Shown here in pieces: positions 1 to 8,544 of a DNA stretch of 64,000 nt. Location: assembly GCA_027483895.1 (NCBI GenBank), contig JAIXTP010000020.1, forward strand, positions 27,359 to 91,358, in the 5' to 3' direction. The notes beneath the pieces are model-generated. The model made no database searches. It worked only from the letters and a program-made list of their open reading frames with translations, and had not been told where the DNA came from. Position 1 is the stretch's first letter, and each line of letters begins with the position of its first letter. A program made the position numbers and the translations under genes. This stretch comes from Hyphomicrobiales bacterium (GTDB lineage Bacteria > Pseudomonadota > Alphaproteobacteria > Rhizobiales > Beijerinckiaceae).

Positions 1-208
1 GCGCCCCGAAAAGCAAAACGCCTCGCCGGGGTTCGACGAGACGTTCGGTGATCGAGCGGGGAACCGCGCCGGTACATCCGCGGTCGCGGTCGCCCGTCGA
101 TGATCCCGATATGGGCACGGCTCACCGTTTCCGCAAGGGCGCGGATCGGCCCGTTCGCGCGCGACGCGGCGCATTGAAGCCCGGCGCGGGTCGAGCTACG
201 ATTCCGCC

Positions 209-544
209 ATGGCTTCCGACCGTTCCGCTCCGCCGCCGCCGTCCGGATCCGAGCGCCGCGCTTCGCCGCGCATCGATCCCGAAGACCGCGGCGTGATCCT
301 GTTCGACGGCGTGCGCCTCGTCATCGGCGACGTGGCGCGCGGCGGCTTCCGCATTCTCGTTCCGCCGCCGCTGCGGTTTCTGCCCGGCGCGGTCTATGAA
401 TTCGATCTTCTGCTGAGACCCAAGCGCAGGTTCCGCTTCGGCGGCGGCACGGTCGCGGCGCGCTGCGTCTGGTGCCGCCCCGGTCAGGCCGGATTCCGCC
501 TCACGGATCCATCCCGCGCGATCGACGTGGCGGACCTGACGTGA
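209..544 (+). CDS. PilZ-domain (c-di-GMP receptor-like) protein
   Basis: 111-aa ORF. RASPR (RxxxR) is followed about 20 aa later by GDVARGG (D/NxSxxG-like), the spacing typical of PilZ. Its stop overlaps the GTG start of the next gene (GTGA at 541-544). Confidence 0.5.
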   Translation: MASDRSAPPPPSGSERRASPRIDPEDRGVILFDGVRLVIGDVARGGFRILVPPPLRFLPGAVYEFDLLLRPKRRFRFGGGTVAARCVWCRPGQAGFRLTDPSRAIDVADLT

Positions 545-1188
545 CGCCATCGGAGGAGGGCGGCGAACTCCGGTTCGGCCGCCATCATGCCGAAGACGAC
601 CCCGGGCGGACGGCCGAGGGCGCGATCGCCCGGGTGCGGACCGTCGCGCTGCTCAATCTCGGCTATTTCGGGGTGGAATTCGGCGCGGCCTTCGTCATCG
701 GCTCGGTCGCGCTGTTCGCCGACGGGATCGACTTTCTCGAAGATGCCGCGGTCAATCTCCTGATCCTGCTGGCGGTGGGGTGGAATGCCCGGGCGCGCTC
801 CGCGGTCGGCATGGTCGCGGCCGTGCTGCTGCTGGTTCCCGGGATCGCGGCCTTCTGGACGGCCGTGGCCAAGGCCGCCGATCCGGTGCCGCCCGATCCC
901 GTCGTGCTGACCGCGGTCGGCGCCGGGGCGCTCGTCGTCAACGGCTTCTGCGCTTTCCTGCTCGTACGCTTCCGCGAGGAGGGAAGCCTGTTCAAGGCGG
1001 CGTTCCTCTCCGCCCGCAACGACGTCGCGGCCAATCTCGCGGTGATCGGGGCGGGTTTCGTCACGGCATGGACGATGTCGCCTTGGCCCGACGTGACCGT
1101 CGGCATCGCCATCGCTCTGTTGAACGCTGATGCCGCGCGCGAGGTCTGGGGCGCGGCGCGGGACGAGGCCCGCAGCGTGCGGAGCTGA
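541..1188 (+). CDS. cation diffusion facilitator-like membrane protein with six predicted TM helices and no C-terminal cytoplasmic domain
   Basis: Hydrophobic six-helix pattern with an acidic TM2 motif (ADGIDFLEDAAVN) and a TM5 NDVAAN motif reminiscent of CDF metal sites. The ORF ends right after the last helix. Start set at GTG 541, in frame with the 472 ORF. Confidence 0.55.
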   Translation: MTPSEEGGELRFGRHHAEDDPGRTAEGAIARVRTVALLNLGYFGVEFGAAFVIGSVALFADGIDFLEDAAVNLLILLAVGWNARARSAVGMVAAVLLLVPGIAAFWTAVAKAADPVPPDPVVLTAVGAGALVVNGFCAFLLVRFREEGSLFKAAFLSARNDVAANLAVIGAGFVTAWTMSPWPDVTVGIAIALLNADAAREVWGAARDEARSVRS

Positions 1189-1194
1189 GGCTTC

Positions 1195-2739
1195 TCAGCC
1201 CGCGCGTTCCGCAACCGGTTCCGTCGCTTCCGAACGCATGACCCGGTTTCGACCGTCATGCTTCCCGGCATAGAGGGCGCGGTCGGCCCTTTGATAGACG
1301 TGAGAGGAGTCGTCGGCGGGACGGACCTCCGCGACGCCGATCGTGATCGAGATCCGCTGCCCGGCGATGCGGCGTGCCGCGACCCGCGCCCGCAGCCGTT
1401 CGGCCAAGCGAAGGGCCTCCTCTTCCGTCGTCTCGGTCAGGATGACGGCGAATTCCTCGCCGCCCACGCGGAAGGCGAAGTCCGTCTCGCGCACTTCCCG
1501 CCGCAAGAGACGCCCGATGCCGATCAGCACCTTGTCGCCCGTGCCGTGCCCGTGCGTGTCGTTGATCGCCTTGAAGTGGTCGACGTCGATGAGCAGCAGG
1601 ACGAAAGGCGAACCGTAGCGGGCATGGGCCGCGATCCGCGCCTTCATCCTGCCGTCGAAGGCGCGGCGATTGGGCAGGCCCGTGAGGCCGTCCGTCATGG
1701 AAATCGTGCGCAGATCCGCATTGGCCCGCTCGAGCGCGGCGGTGCGCTTGCGGACCTCCTTTTCCAGCGTGCCCGCGAGCGCCTCGGCTTCGGCCTTGCT
1801 CGCCGCGAGCCGGTTGGTCGCGGAGGCGAGGATGAAACCCATGACGGCGATGGCGGCGCAGACGAGCAGCCCCACCATGATCATCATGCCTACGCCCGCC
1901 GTGATCTCCTCGAAGGCGGCGCTTTTCGAAATGCGCGTCGAGACGACGAGCGGGTACTCGGCCAGACGGAGATAATAGGAGAAATAGCCGTGGCCGTTCT
2001 CCGCGTCGCCTTCGATCCAGCCCTCGGGAAATTCGGCGGCCCGCGCCGCCAGAGACGGTCGCGTCTGGCCCTCGGCCAGAACGGCCTCGACGTTCTGAGA
2101 CGTCATCCGCACGACGCCGTCCATGCCGGTGAGCGCGATCTCGTCTTCCGCCGAAAGGCCGAGCCGGTCCCAGAGCTTCGCCAGATAGGCGGGATCGAGC
2201 GAGGCCACGAGGACGCCCGCGAGCGAGCCGTCCTTCTCCTTCACGGCGCGGGTGATCTGGACGGACCATTTCTTGGAGACGCGGCCGAGCACCGGCTTGC
2301 CGATGAAGAGGCCGCCCGCCGACGCCGGCAGGAGCCGATCGAGATGCACGCGGATGTGCTCCCGGTCGACGAGCGAGACCGGCTCTGCCGGGCCCTGCTC
2401 CGTCTCGCGCACGCGCCCGTCGGCGCCCACCAGCGTGAGCAACACGAGATCCCGGGCGGCGAAGCCGTTCTCGCGCACGAGAGAAGCGAGGGAGGTGCCT
2501 TCGGGATTCTGGACGAGATCGCGGGCGGTGACCTTCAGCAGGCTGTCGATGGTGGCGATGGTCGCGGCGACGCGCTCGCCGAAGATGATGGTCGCCGAAC
2601 GGGCCTTGTCGCGCGCCTCGGCCTCCGCCGCCATGGTGATGCGGGAAATCGTGAAGCCGATCAGGATCGTGAATGCGGCAATCAGCGCCGATGTCACGGC
2701 AATGATCGCCTTGGAGGTCGACAGTCGCTGAACGGTCAA
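1195..2739 (-). CDS. membrane-anchored sensor diguanylate cyclase (periplasmic Cache-like sensor domain, TM, coiled coil, GGDEF)
   Basis: C-terminal GGDEF domain: DGLTGLPNRRAF, DVDHFKAINDTHGH, active-site GGEEF with an RETD I-site 5 residues upstream. N-terminal TM helix plus a second TM flank a domain of about 250 aa. Confidence 0.9.
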   Translation of the reverse strand: MTVQRLSTSKAIIAVTSALIAAFTILIGFTISRITMAAEAEARDKARSATIIFGERVAATIATIDSLLKVTARDLVQNPEGTSLASLVRENGFAARDLVLLTLVGADGRVRETEQGPAEPVSLVDREHIRVHLDRLLPASAGGLFIGKPVLGRVSKKWSVQITRAVKEKDGSLAGVLVASLDPAYLAKLWDRLGLSAEDEIALTGMDGVVRMTSQNVEAVLAEGQTRPSLAARAAEFPEGWIEGDAENGHGYFSYYLRLAEYPLVVSTRISKSAAFEEITAGVGMMIMVGLLVCAAIAVMGFILASATNRLAASKAEAEALAGTLEKEVRKRTAALERANADLRTISMTDGLTGLPNRRAFDGRMKARIAAHARYGSPFVLLLIDVDHFKAINDTHGHGTGDKVLIGIGRLLRREVRETDFAFRVGGEEFAVILTETTEEEALRLAERLRARVAARRIAGQRISITIGVAEVRPADDSSHVYQRADRALYAGKHDGRNRVMRSEATEPVAERAG

Positions 2740-3167
2740 AGGCTTGCTCGCACGAATCCCGGGGCCGCGGTCATCTTCGCCTATATTGAGCGATTTAGCC
2801 GAAAACAGGCGCGCGATGCAAGTCGAAGATCAATTTTTGCAATTTTCGGATAATCGGATCGATTTCCCGACGGGAACCGATGATTAACTCCGGTCCGTGA
2901 TCTGAATCGGCATGCAACATCGCGCGACATAGATTAGATGTCGATCCGTCCTGCCGGTCCTACGTGCAGGGGTATCCCGGGGAACGGATCCGAGGAGGTC
3001 GCTCGAGAGGGTGGGTACCCGAATGTCAGTCCGGCCGTCGTTGTACCCCGTCGATCGGGCGGGCCCGCCCGATGGACGCTTGTCCGGCGAGGCGATCCGC
3101 CTCATCCCTTTCGAACTCGTCGGCCGAGAGGCTCCGGCTTCCGACCGACTGCGTAGAGGCTGCATGC

Positions 3168-3764
3168 GTGTCGAGACGACCGATCGGAAAGGTGCTCGCT
3201 TCTGCCGGGTCGGTCCTGGGCTTCTTCCTGATGCTCGGCAGGGCCGAGGCGGGGCCCGTCTTCGACGTTCTGGAGGCGACCCATCTCGTCGGCGTGAAGG
3301 AGGGTTCGCGTCTTTCGGATGTTCCGTTTCGGGTCAGTACGGAATCCTACGAACTGAGCGACGGCACGCCGGTCGATATGGAGAAGTGGTATCGACGCAA
3401 GTCGGTCGACATGCAGTTCGACTTTCTCACCCAGACAGGACCGAACACCGGTATCTTGTGGGGCTTCGGAACGGGAGAACGGGGCAAGAAATACAAGATC
3501 GAGCCGTCTTTCAGGATCGGCCTGATCGCGATGACGCAGCCCACGCCGATGTTGACGTTGTCGTTTTCGGTGACGACGACTTTGGGCGGCATGCTTCGCG
3601 AACGGACCTGTACTGCGGATTACGGGGCGATCGGCGGAATTCAGGTGGTCAATTGCCGGTTGGCCGCCTCGACGCTCGAACCGGCGGAGACGTTGAAATA
3701 TCTGTGGCGGACGAAGCCCACGGACCACACGCGGCTCGGACTGAGGGTCCAGCTGCAGTTCTGA
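3168..3764 (+). CDS. hypothetical secreted / outer-membrane beta-barrel-like protein
   Basis: Signal-like N-terminus (LASAGSVLGFFLMLGRAEA), alternating beta-strand pattern and a C-terminal RVQLQF ending in Phe, as in OM proteins. Lies 17 nt upstream of the subtilase gene. Start (GTG 3168) is uncertain. Confidence 0.4.
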   Translation: MSRRPIGKVLASAGSVLGFFLMLGRAEAGPVFDVLEATHLVGVKEGSRLSDVPFRVSTESYELSDGTPVDMEKWYRRKSVDMQFDFLTQTGPNTGILWGFGTGERGKKYKIEPSFRIGLIAMTQPTPMLTLSFSVTTTLGGMLRERTCTADYGAIGGIQVVNCRLAASTLEPAETLKYLWRTKPTDHTRLGLRVQLQF

Positions 3765-3780
3765 GGAAGGGTCGGACATC

Positions 3781-4734
3781 ATGACGACGATGAAGCGCTT
3801 CACTCTCTCGGTCTCGGCCGCGGCGTTCGCCTGCGGTCTCGCTTCGGCGGCGACGGCCGGCGACGGGGTTCCGGTCTTCGGCTCCGTCTCCGCGGCGCCC
3901 CGGTTCTCGACCGGCCCGATCCTTCAGCCCTGGATGAGCCCGGAACTCGGCGATGCGTGGAAGCAGGGCTTCAGCGGCGCCGGCGTGACGATCACGGTCG
4001 TCGACGATTTCCGCAGCGGGAATTTCTATTACGGCAATCTCGGCAACGGCACGCAGCTGCGGCGCCACGGCGAGTGGACCTATCTCGAGACCAACATGGT
4101 CGCGCCCTCGGCGACCATGAAGTCGCAGGACTTCACCTCCGGCCAGACGGTGAAGCTGAACCGCGGGCTGAACGTGCTCAATCTCAGCTACGGGATGTAT
4201 GCCGCGGCGGGCTACAGCGTCGGCCAGATCGGCTGGAGCGCGCAGGAAGGCTCGATCATCTCCTATGCGAAGAACGGGCAGGCGGTGATCGCCAAGGCGG
4301 CGGGCAACGATGCCGTCGCCGTAGGCGCCGCGAATGCGCGGGGGCAGGTCGACTATCTGAACGCCTCTCTCGTCGGCACGCCGACCGCGATCTTCGTGGG
4401 TGCGCTCGACCGCAACGGCACGGTCGATCAAAAGGCCGTTCTCGCCTCCTATTCGAACTATGCGGGCACGAACACGGCGGTGCAGAAGAACTTCCTGACG
4501 GTCGGCGTGCGCGGCGATTTGACGGGGCTTTACGGCACGTCCTTCGCGGCGCCCGTGGTCGCGGGCTATGCGGCGGTGCTGGGCAGCAAGTTCACCAGTG
4601 CGAGCCCGACGCAGATCACCAACCAGCTTCTGAACACCGCGCGCACCGACACGATCCAGGGCTATAACGCCGCCGTCCACGGCCGCGGCGAAGCGAGCAT
4701 CGCGCGCGCTCTCGCGCCGCGGGCCATCCAGTAA
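3781..4734 (+). CDS. secreted subtilisin-family (S8) serine peptidase
   Basis: Signal peptide (FACGLASAATA). Asp motif VTITVVDDF, His motif RRHGEW, oxyanion Asn in AAGND, Ser motif GTSFAAPVVAGYAAVL. Confidence 0.85.
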   Translation: MTTMKRFTLSVSAAAFACGLASAATAGDGVPVFGSVSAAPRFSTGPILQPWMSPELGDAWKQGFSGAGVTITVVDDFRSGNFYYGNLGNGTQLRRHGEWTYLETNMVAPSATMKSQDFTSGQTVKLNRGLNVLNLSYGMYAAAGYSVGQIGWSAQEGSIISYAKNGQAVIAKAAGNDAVAVGAANARGQVDYLNASLVGTPTAIFVGALDRNGTVDQKAVLASYSNYAGTNTAVQKNFLTVGVRGDLTGLYGTSFAAPVVAGYAAVLGSKFTSASPTQITNQLLNTARTDTIQGYNAAVHGRGEASIARALAPRAIQ

Positions 4735-4982
4735 GCCCGACCGATCCGGCGGGGCGGCCGAGCCTCTCCCGCCGGTCGGCCTCTCCGTCCGAAAACGGAC
4801 GAAGGCCGGATGACCAAAGCTGCGCGGAGCGCCGGCTTCGGGTCGCTCGACCGGATCCGGACTTTCGAGGCGGCCGAAATCGTTAAACGGGATCTCGATC
4901 CTGCGCCCTCGGATGCGGGAGTCGTTTTTTGCGGCGCTCGGCCTCTCGACCGGGCGCCGCCGACATTTTCGAGAGTCCCGAC

Positions 4983-6458
4983 ATGCAGACGCGCTCGCGG
5001 CGAACCGGCCCTTACCGGATCAGCCTGCTCATCACGATGCTGACCGCCGCCCAAGCGAGCGCCCAGACGATCAATACGATCGGCGAGACGGATTCCAACA
5101 ATCTGGGCTGGGGCTATCAGGTGAGCACCACCTGGAGCATGTTCCAGACCTTCCGGACGCCCTCGGGCTACGCGGTTCTGACGACGCTGCGCTTTCCCGC
5201 GGCGGGGACCGCGGCGAGCGGCACCGTGAGCGTGCGGGAGTTCACGGGCGGTACTTTCCTGTCATCCGTCTATTCCTCGTCGATCGGCGTGAACGGCTCG
5301 ACCACGGTGCTGCTGCAGCCCAAGGTCAGCCTCGACCCGACGAAGACTTACGCGCTTTATTGGACCACGAGCTCCGGCAGCTACACGCTCAACGACGTCT
5401 ACCGGCCGTCCTCCTACTATTACGCGGACGGGCAAAGCGGCTACGTATCGGGGGGAAGCGTCTCCTATATCAGCGACGCCTCGTTCGAATTCTACATGGC
5501 GTTCGGCACCGCCGGACCCGACTCCGCCAACACGCTGACGGCGTTGAAATCGAGCGCGGCGGCCGTCCGCAACCGGTTGGTCGCGGGCGAGGCGGTGCTG
5601 GCCTCGACGCTGGCTTACGACTCGAACGCATTCGGCGAGGGCGACGTCAGCCTGTCCTTCATCGGGCGCTACACCGCGCTGTCGGACTCGAGCGGGGAAG
5701 GGGCGGGGGCTCTCGTCGCCGCCTACCGGCTTCAACCGAACCTCCGCCTCGGAGCGTTCTTCGATTACGCGCCGGGGCGCGACGCCCCGACCGGAACCGC
5801 GCTCTCCGAAACGGAGCCGTCGCTCGGCGTCTTCGGCGTCTACGAGCAGAACAAGGACCTCACCGGCCTCAATATCCGCCTCGCCGGCGCTTATGGTCAC
5901 GGCCGGCTGACGGTGACGCGCGACGCTTCGCTCGCCGATACCGAAGCGGGTTCGGGCAAGGCGGGGACCAACGCCTTCGCCGTCTCCGCCGAGGCGGGCT
6001 TCGGCCTGCGCATCGCGCCGACGATCGTCGCGGTTCCCTATGTCGGTCTCCGCCGCACGGACGTGACCCGCAAGGGCTATACGGAAGGCACGACGACGGA
6101 CGTCAGCGCGCCGCTGACCTACGACGACTACGGCCTGCGGCTCACTACGGCTCTCGGCGGCGTCCGTTTCCACGGCCGGCTCGACGAGAAGATCGCCGCC
6201 GTCGTCGGTCTCGGCGCCGAATACGACGTCGGCCGCAAGATGGACGCCTATGCGGGGACGAGTTCGATCTCCGGTCTCGAGACCTTCTCGATCGCCACGA
6301 ACTCCCACGCGAACCGCCTCCGGCCGTCGGCAGTCGCGGGCGTCGCATACGAGTTCGCCGCGAACCGGACGCTTTCGGCGCAGATCGCGGTGCGCGGCCA
6401 GGCCTATTCGGCCGATCCCTCGCTGACTTCGACCGTCAAATATTCCGTGGGGTTCTGA
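4983..6458 (+). CDS. autotransporter outer-membrane protein (short passenger plus C-terminal beta-barrel translocator)
   Basis: Signal peptide (LLITMLTAAQASAQ), a passenger of about 170-200 aa, then a region of about 280 aa with alternating amphipathic strands ending in KYSVGF (terminal Phe), typical of the autotransporter beta domain. Start at ATG 4983 inside the 4929 ORF. Confidence 0.8.
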   Translation: MQTRSRRTGPYRISLLITMLTAAQASAQTINTIGETDSNNLGWGYQVSTTWSMFQTFRTPSGYAVLTTLRFPAAGTAASGTVSVREFTGGTFLSSVYSSSIGVNGSTTVLLQPKVSLDPTKTYALYWTTSSGSYTLNDVYRPSSYYYADGQSGYVSGGSVSYISDASFEFYMAFGTAGPDSANTLTALKSSAAAVRNRLVAGEAVLASTLAYDSNAFGEGDVSLSFIGRYTALSDSSGEGAGALVAAYRLQPNLRLGAFFDYAPGRDAPTGTALSETEPSLGVFGVYEQNKDLTGLNIRLAGAYGHGRLTVTRDASLADTEAGSGKAGTNAFAVSAEAGFGLRIAPTIVAVPYVGLRRTDVTRKGYTEGTTTDVSAPLTYDDYGLRLTTALGGVRFHGRLDEKIAAVVGLGAEYDVGRKMDAYAGTSSISGLETFSIATNSHANRLRPSAVAGVAYEFAANRTLSAQIAVRGQAYSADPSLTSTVKYSVGF

Positions 6459-6585
6459 GGGCGGGGCGCGCTTCGGCCGTGACCCTGTCGCGGGGCTCTT
6501 CCGACGGCCAGCGCCGAAGGCGCGTCCTCAAAAAAAGGCGCCCCGGGTTTCCCCGGAGCGAAGTCGACCTTGGAGGTTCGAGCTT

Positions 6586-7371
6586 TCAGAACTTGTAGGC
6601 GAGACCGGCGCGGATCTGATGGACGTTGGTGCCGATCTTGACGGGACCGAAGACGTCCTCGTTCGAATAGGTCTGCTTGCCGTAGCCGCGGAACTGGTAT
6701 TCGGCGCGCATCACGAAATTCGAGGTGAACGCGTAGTCGAGGCCCGCGCCGACGGTCCAACCGACATGGGTCTTGGACTTGCTCTCGCTTCCGGTGCCGA
6801 TGAGCCCCGTGGTGTCCTCGGTGATCGAGGCGGTGCCCTTCATGTCGGCGAAGGCGATGCCGGCGGTGACGAAGGGCAGGGCGTTGCCCATGGCGTAGCC
6901 GAGACGGCCGCGGATCGTGCCCGAGACGCGCTCCTTGAGCGAAACCGACGCGCGCACCGTGTCGGTGCCGTCCGTCGCGACGGCCGTATCCTTGCGCTCC
7001 AAGGTCCCGAAATTCACGTCGCCTTCGAGGCCGTAGACGAGGTTCGCGGACTGCAGGTTGTAGCCGGCATAGAGGCCGCCCACGAAGCCGTTGAAGTCGC
7101 CCTTGTTGCGGGAATAGGTGGCCCCGACGAGGTTCGCGGTATCGGCCGCGGCCTGATCGAAGGCGCTCAGGATCCCGTTGACCCCCGAAACGGTGCCGAA
7201 GCCGTAGCCGGCATGCGCGCCGACATAGGGGCCGGCCCAGGAATGAACGCTCGCCGCCTTGGGCGCCTGAGGCGCGATCGGCGACGTACGGGCCGGGAGA
7301 TCGGCCGCGAAAGCGGCCGGAGCCACGAGAATGGCGGCCGCGGAGGCCATGGCGAGCGACTTCAGTTTCAT
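6586..7371 (-). CDS. Omp25/Omp31 (RopB)-family outer-membrane beta-barrel porin
   Basis: MKLKSLAMASAAAILVAPAAFAADLP signal peptide, SWAGPYVGAHAGYGFG, GFVGGLYAGYNLQ, RGRLGYA, C-terminal IRAGLAYKF. This is the classic rhizobial Omp25/31 pattern. Confidence 0.88.
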   Translation of the reverse strand: MKLKSLAMASAAAILVAPAAFAADLPARTSPIAPQAPKAASVHSWAGPYVGAHAGYGFGTVSGVNGILSAFDQAAADTANLVGATYSRNKGDFNGFVGGLYAGYNLQSANLVYGLEGDVNFGTLERKDTAVATDGTDTVRASVSLKERVSGTIRGRLGYAMGNALPFVTAGIAFADMKGTASITEDTTGLIGTGSESKSKTHVGWTVGAGLDYAFTSNFVMRAEYQFRGYGKQTYSNEDVFGPVKIGTNVHQIRAGLAYKF

Positions 7372-7383
7372 TGCGATCCTCAC

Positions 7384-7690
7384 GGAATGCTCTTTTCAAA
7401 GCCCAAAATGGGCTGTACGGCTCGTTACATAGTTCACTTTGATGCGGTAAGTCTAGAGGAACCCAAAATGAGTCAACAGGGTGTGTTCTATGTGCAACAA
7501 GGCAATTATCAAAAATCAAAAATATCGGAACGTGATACGTGGTGTATGAAGGCAAGCAAGATGACAATATAAAAGCTGAAAGCAAGATCGAAGATCAAAA
7601 ATATAGTTTTTGATAGTTCGCGAAGAATGTGGAAGCCTTGGAAAGGCGTTGCGTGGTGGTGTGAAGTGTTATCCGAATGGTTCGGTTCGA
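7384..7690. other. conspicuously AT-rich intergenic region between the porin gene and the recombinase gene
   Basis: Composition by eye departs sharply from the GC-rich flanks. Contains repeated ATCAAAAA motifs, a CCCAAAATG direct repeat (7402 and 7462) and a 34-codon ORF preceded by an SD. Confidence 0.7.
7594..7614. repeat. 21-bp palindrome ATCAAAAA-TATAG-TTTTTGAT, resembling hix/gix-type invertase half-sites
   Basis: Perfect 8-bp inverted arms read directly. More ATCAAAAA copies occur in direct orientation at 7508-7515, with a 7-nt TCAAAAA copy at 7516-7522. The palindrome lies about 180 bp upstream of the serine recombinase start. Confidence 0.4.
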
Positions 7691-7796
7691 TCGTGGTCCT
7701 GATTCGGCGTCCGCTCGGCGGCCGGCCGAAGCGCCGCGGCCTGCGTTCTGAAGGGTTGCGGGCGTGTTCTCGGAGCGCCGAGCGGCGGGCCGCGCC

Positions 7797-8357
7797 ATGA
7801 TCGTCGGATACGCGCGCATATCCGCCGTCGAGCCGAAGGCGGCCTTGGATGCTCAGAAGGACGAGCTCGCGGCAGCCGGTGCCGAGAAGATCTTCGCCGA
7901 ATCGGCGGGGTCCGAGGGACTGCGCGTCGAATGGGATGCGGCCTCGGCATTCGTCCGCGAAGGCGACGTTCTGATCGTCACCGCGCCGGGTCGGCTCGCC
8001 CGCTCGGTCCTGCATCTGGGCGAGATCGTCGCCGATCTCGACCGACGCGGCGTCTCGCTCCGCGTGCTCTCGCTCGGCGCGGATACGGCCACGCCCGAAG
8101 GCCGGCGCATGGTCGACTTCCTTGCCGCGCTCGTGCGGTTCGAGCGGGAGGCGATGCTGGAGCGTCGGCGCGAGGGGATCGCCAAGGCGCGGCAGGAGGG
8201 GCGCGCGAGGGGCAGGTCGCCCACGGCTCGGGCAAAGAGCGACGACGTTCTCAGGCTCGCTGCCGACGGGATGAAGCGCGCCGCCATCGCGAAGTTGCTC
8301 GGGATCGGCGTCGCGAGCGTCTATCGGATCCTGAAGGACCGGCGCGCGCAACAGTGA
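7797..8357 (+). CDS. small serine recombinase (resolvase/invertase family, about 186 aa, C-terminal HTH)
   Basis: N-terminal VGYARIS (catalytic Arg/Ser), GDVLIV..GRLARS, FEREAMLERRREG (E-helix), C-terminal HTH IAKLLGIGVASVYRIL. Size and layout resemble Hin/Gin/gamma-delta resolvase. Confidence 0.85.
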   Translation: MIVGYARISAVEPKAALDAQKDELAAAGAEKIFAESAGSEGLRVEWDAASAFVREGDVLIVTAPGRLARSVLHLGEIVADLDRRGVSLRVLSLGADTATPEGRRMVDFLAALVRFEREAMLERRREGIAKARQEGRARGRSPTARAKSDDVLRLAADGMKRAAIAKLLGIGVASVYRILKDRRAQQ

Positions 8358-8468
8358 CGGCGTCCGGCGCTCCTGCACGCGACGGGCGGGCTCGACCGCG
8401 GACCGCCGGAAGAACCTCGGAGGGACGCGCCGGCTGCAGGATTTCGTCGGATTTTTTTATCTGGAAGA

Positions 8469-8544
8469 TGGTGCCCAGGGGCGGAATCGAACCACCGACA
8501 CTGCGATTTTCAGTCGCATGCTCTACCAACTGAGCTACCTGGGC
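8469..8544 (-). tRNA. tRNA-Phe (anticodon GAA)
   Basis: The reverse complement reads GCCCAGGTAGCTCAGTTGGTAGAGCATGCGACTGAAAATCGCAGTGTCGGTGGTTCGATTCCGCCCCTGGGCACCA. It forms a cloverleaf with a GAA anticodon loop, a T-loop GGTTCGATTCC and an encoded CCA. Confidence 0.95.

Noticed and set aside
2740-8468. The block from the diguanylate cyclase to tRNA-Phe as a bounded genomic island with att direct repeats.
   Set aside because: I could not find any copy of the tRNA-Phe 3' segment (GGAATCGAACCACC...) near 2740-2960 or elsewhere to the left. The protein-coding parts have GC content similar to the core, and there is no tyrosine integrase. I kept this only as a low-confidence idea inside other findings.
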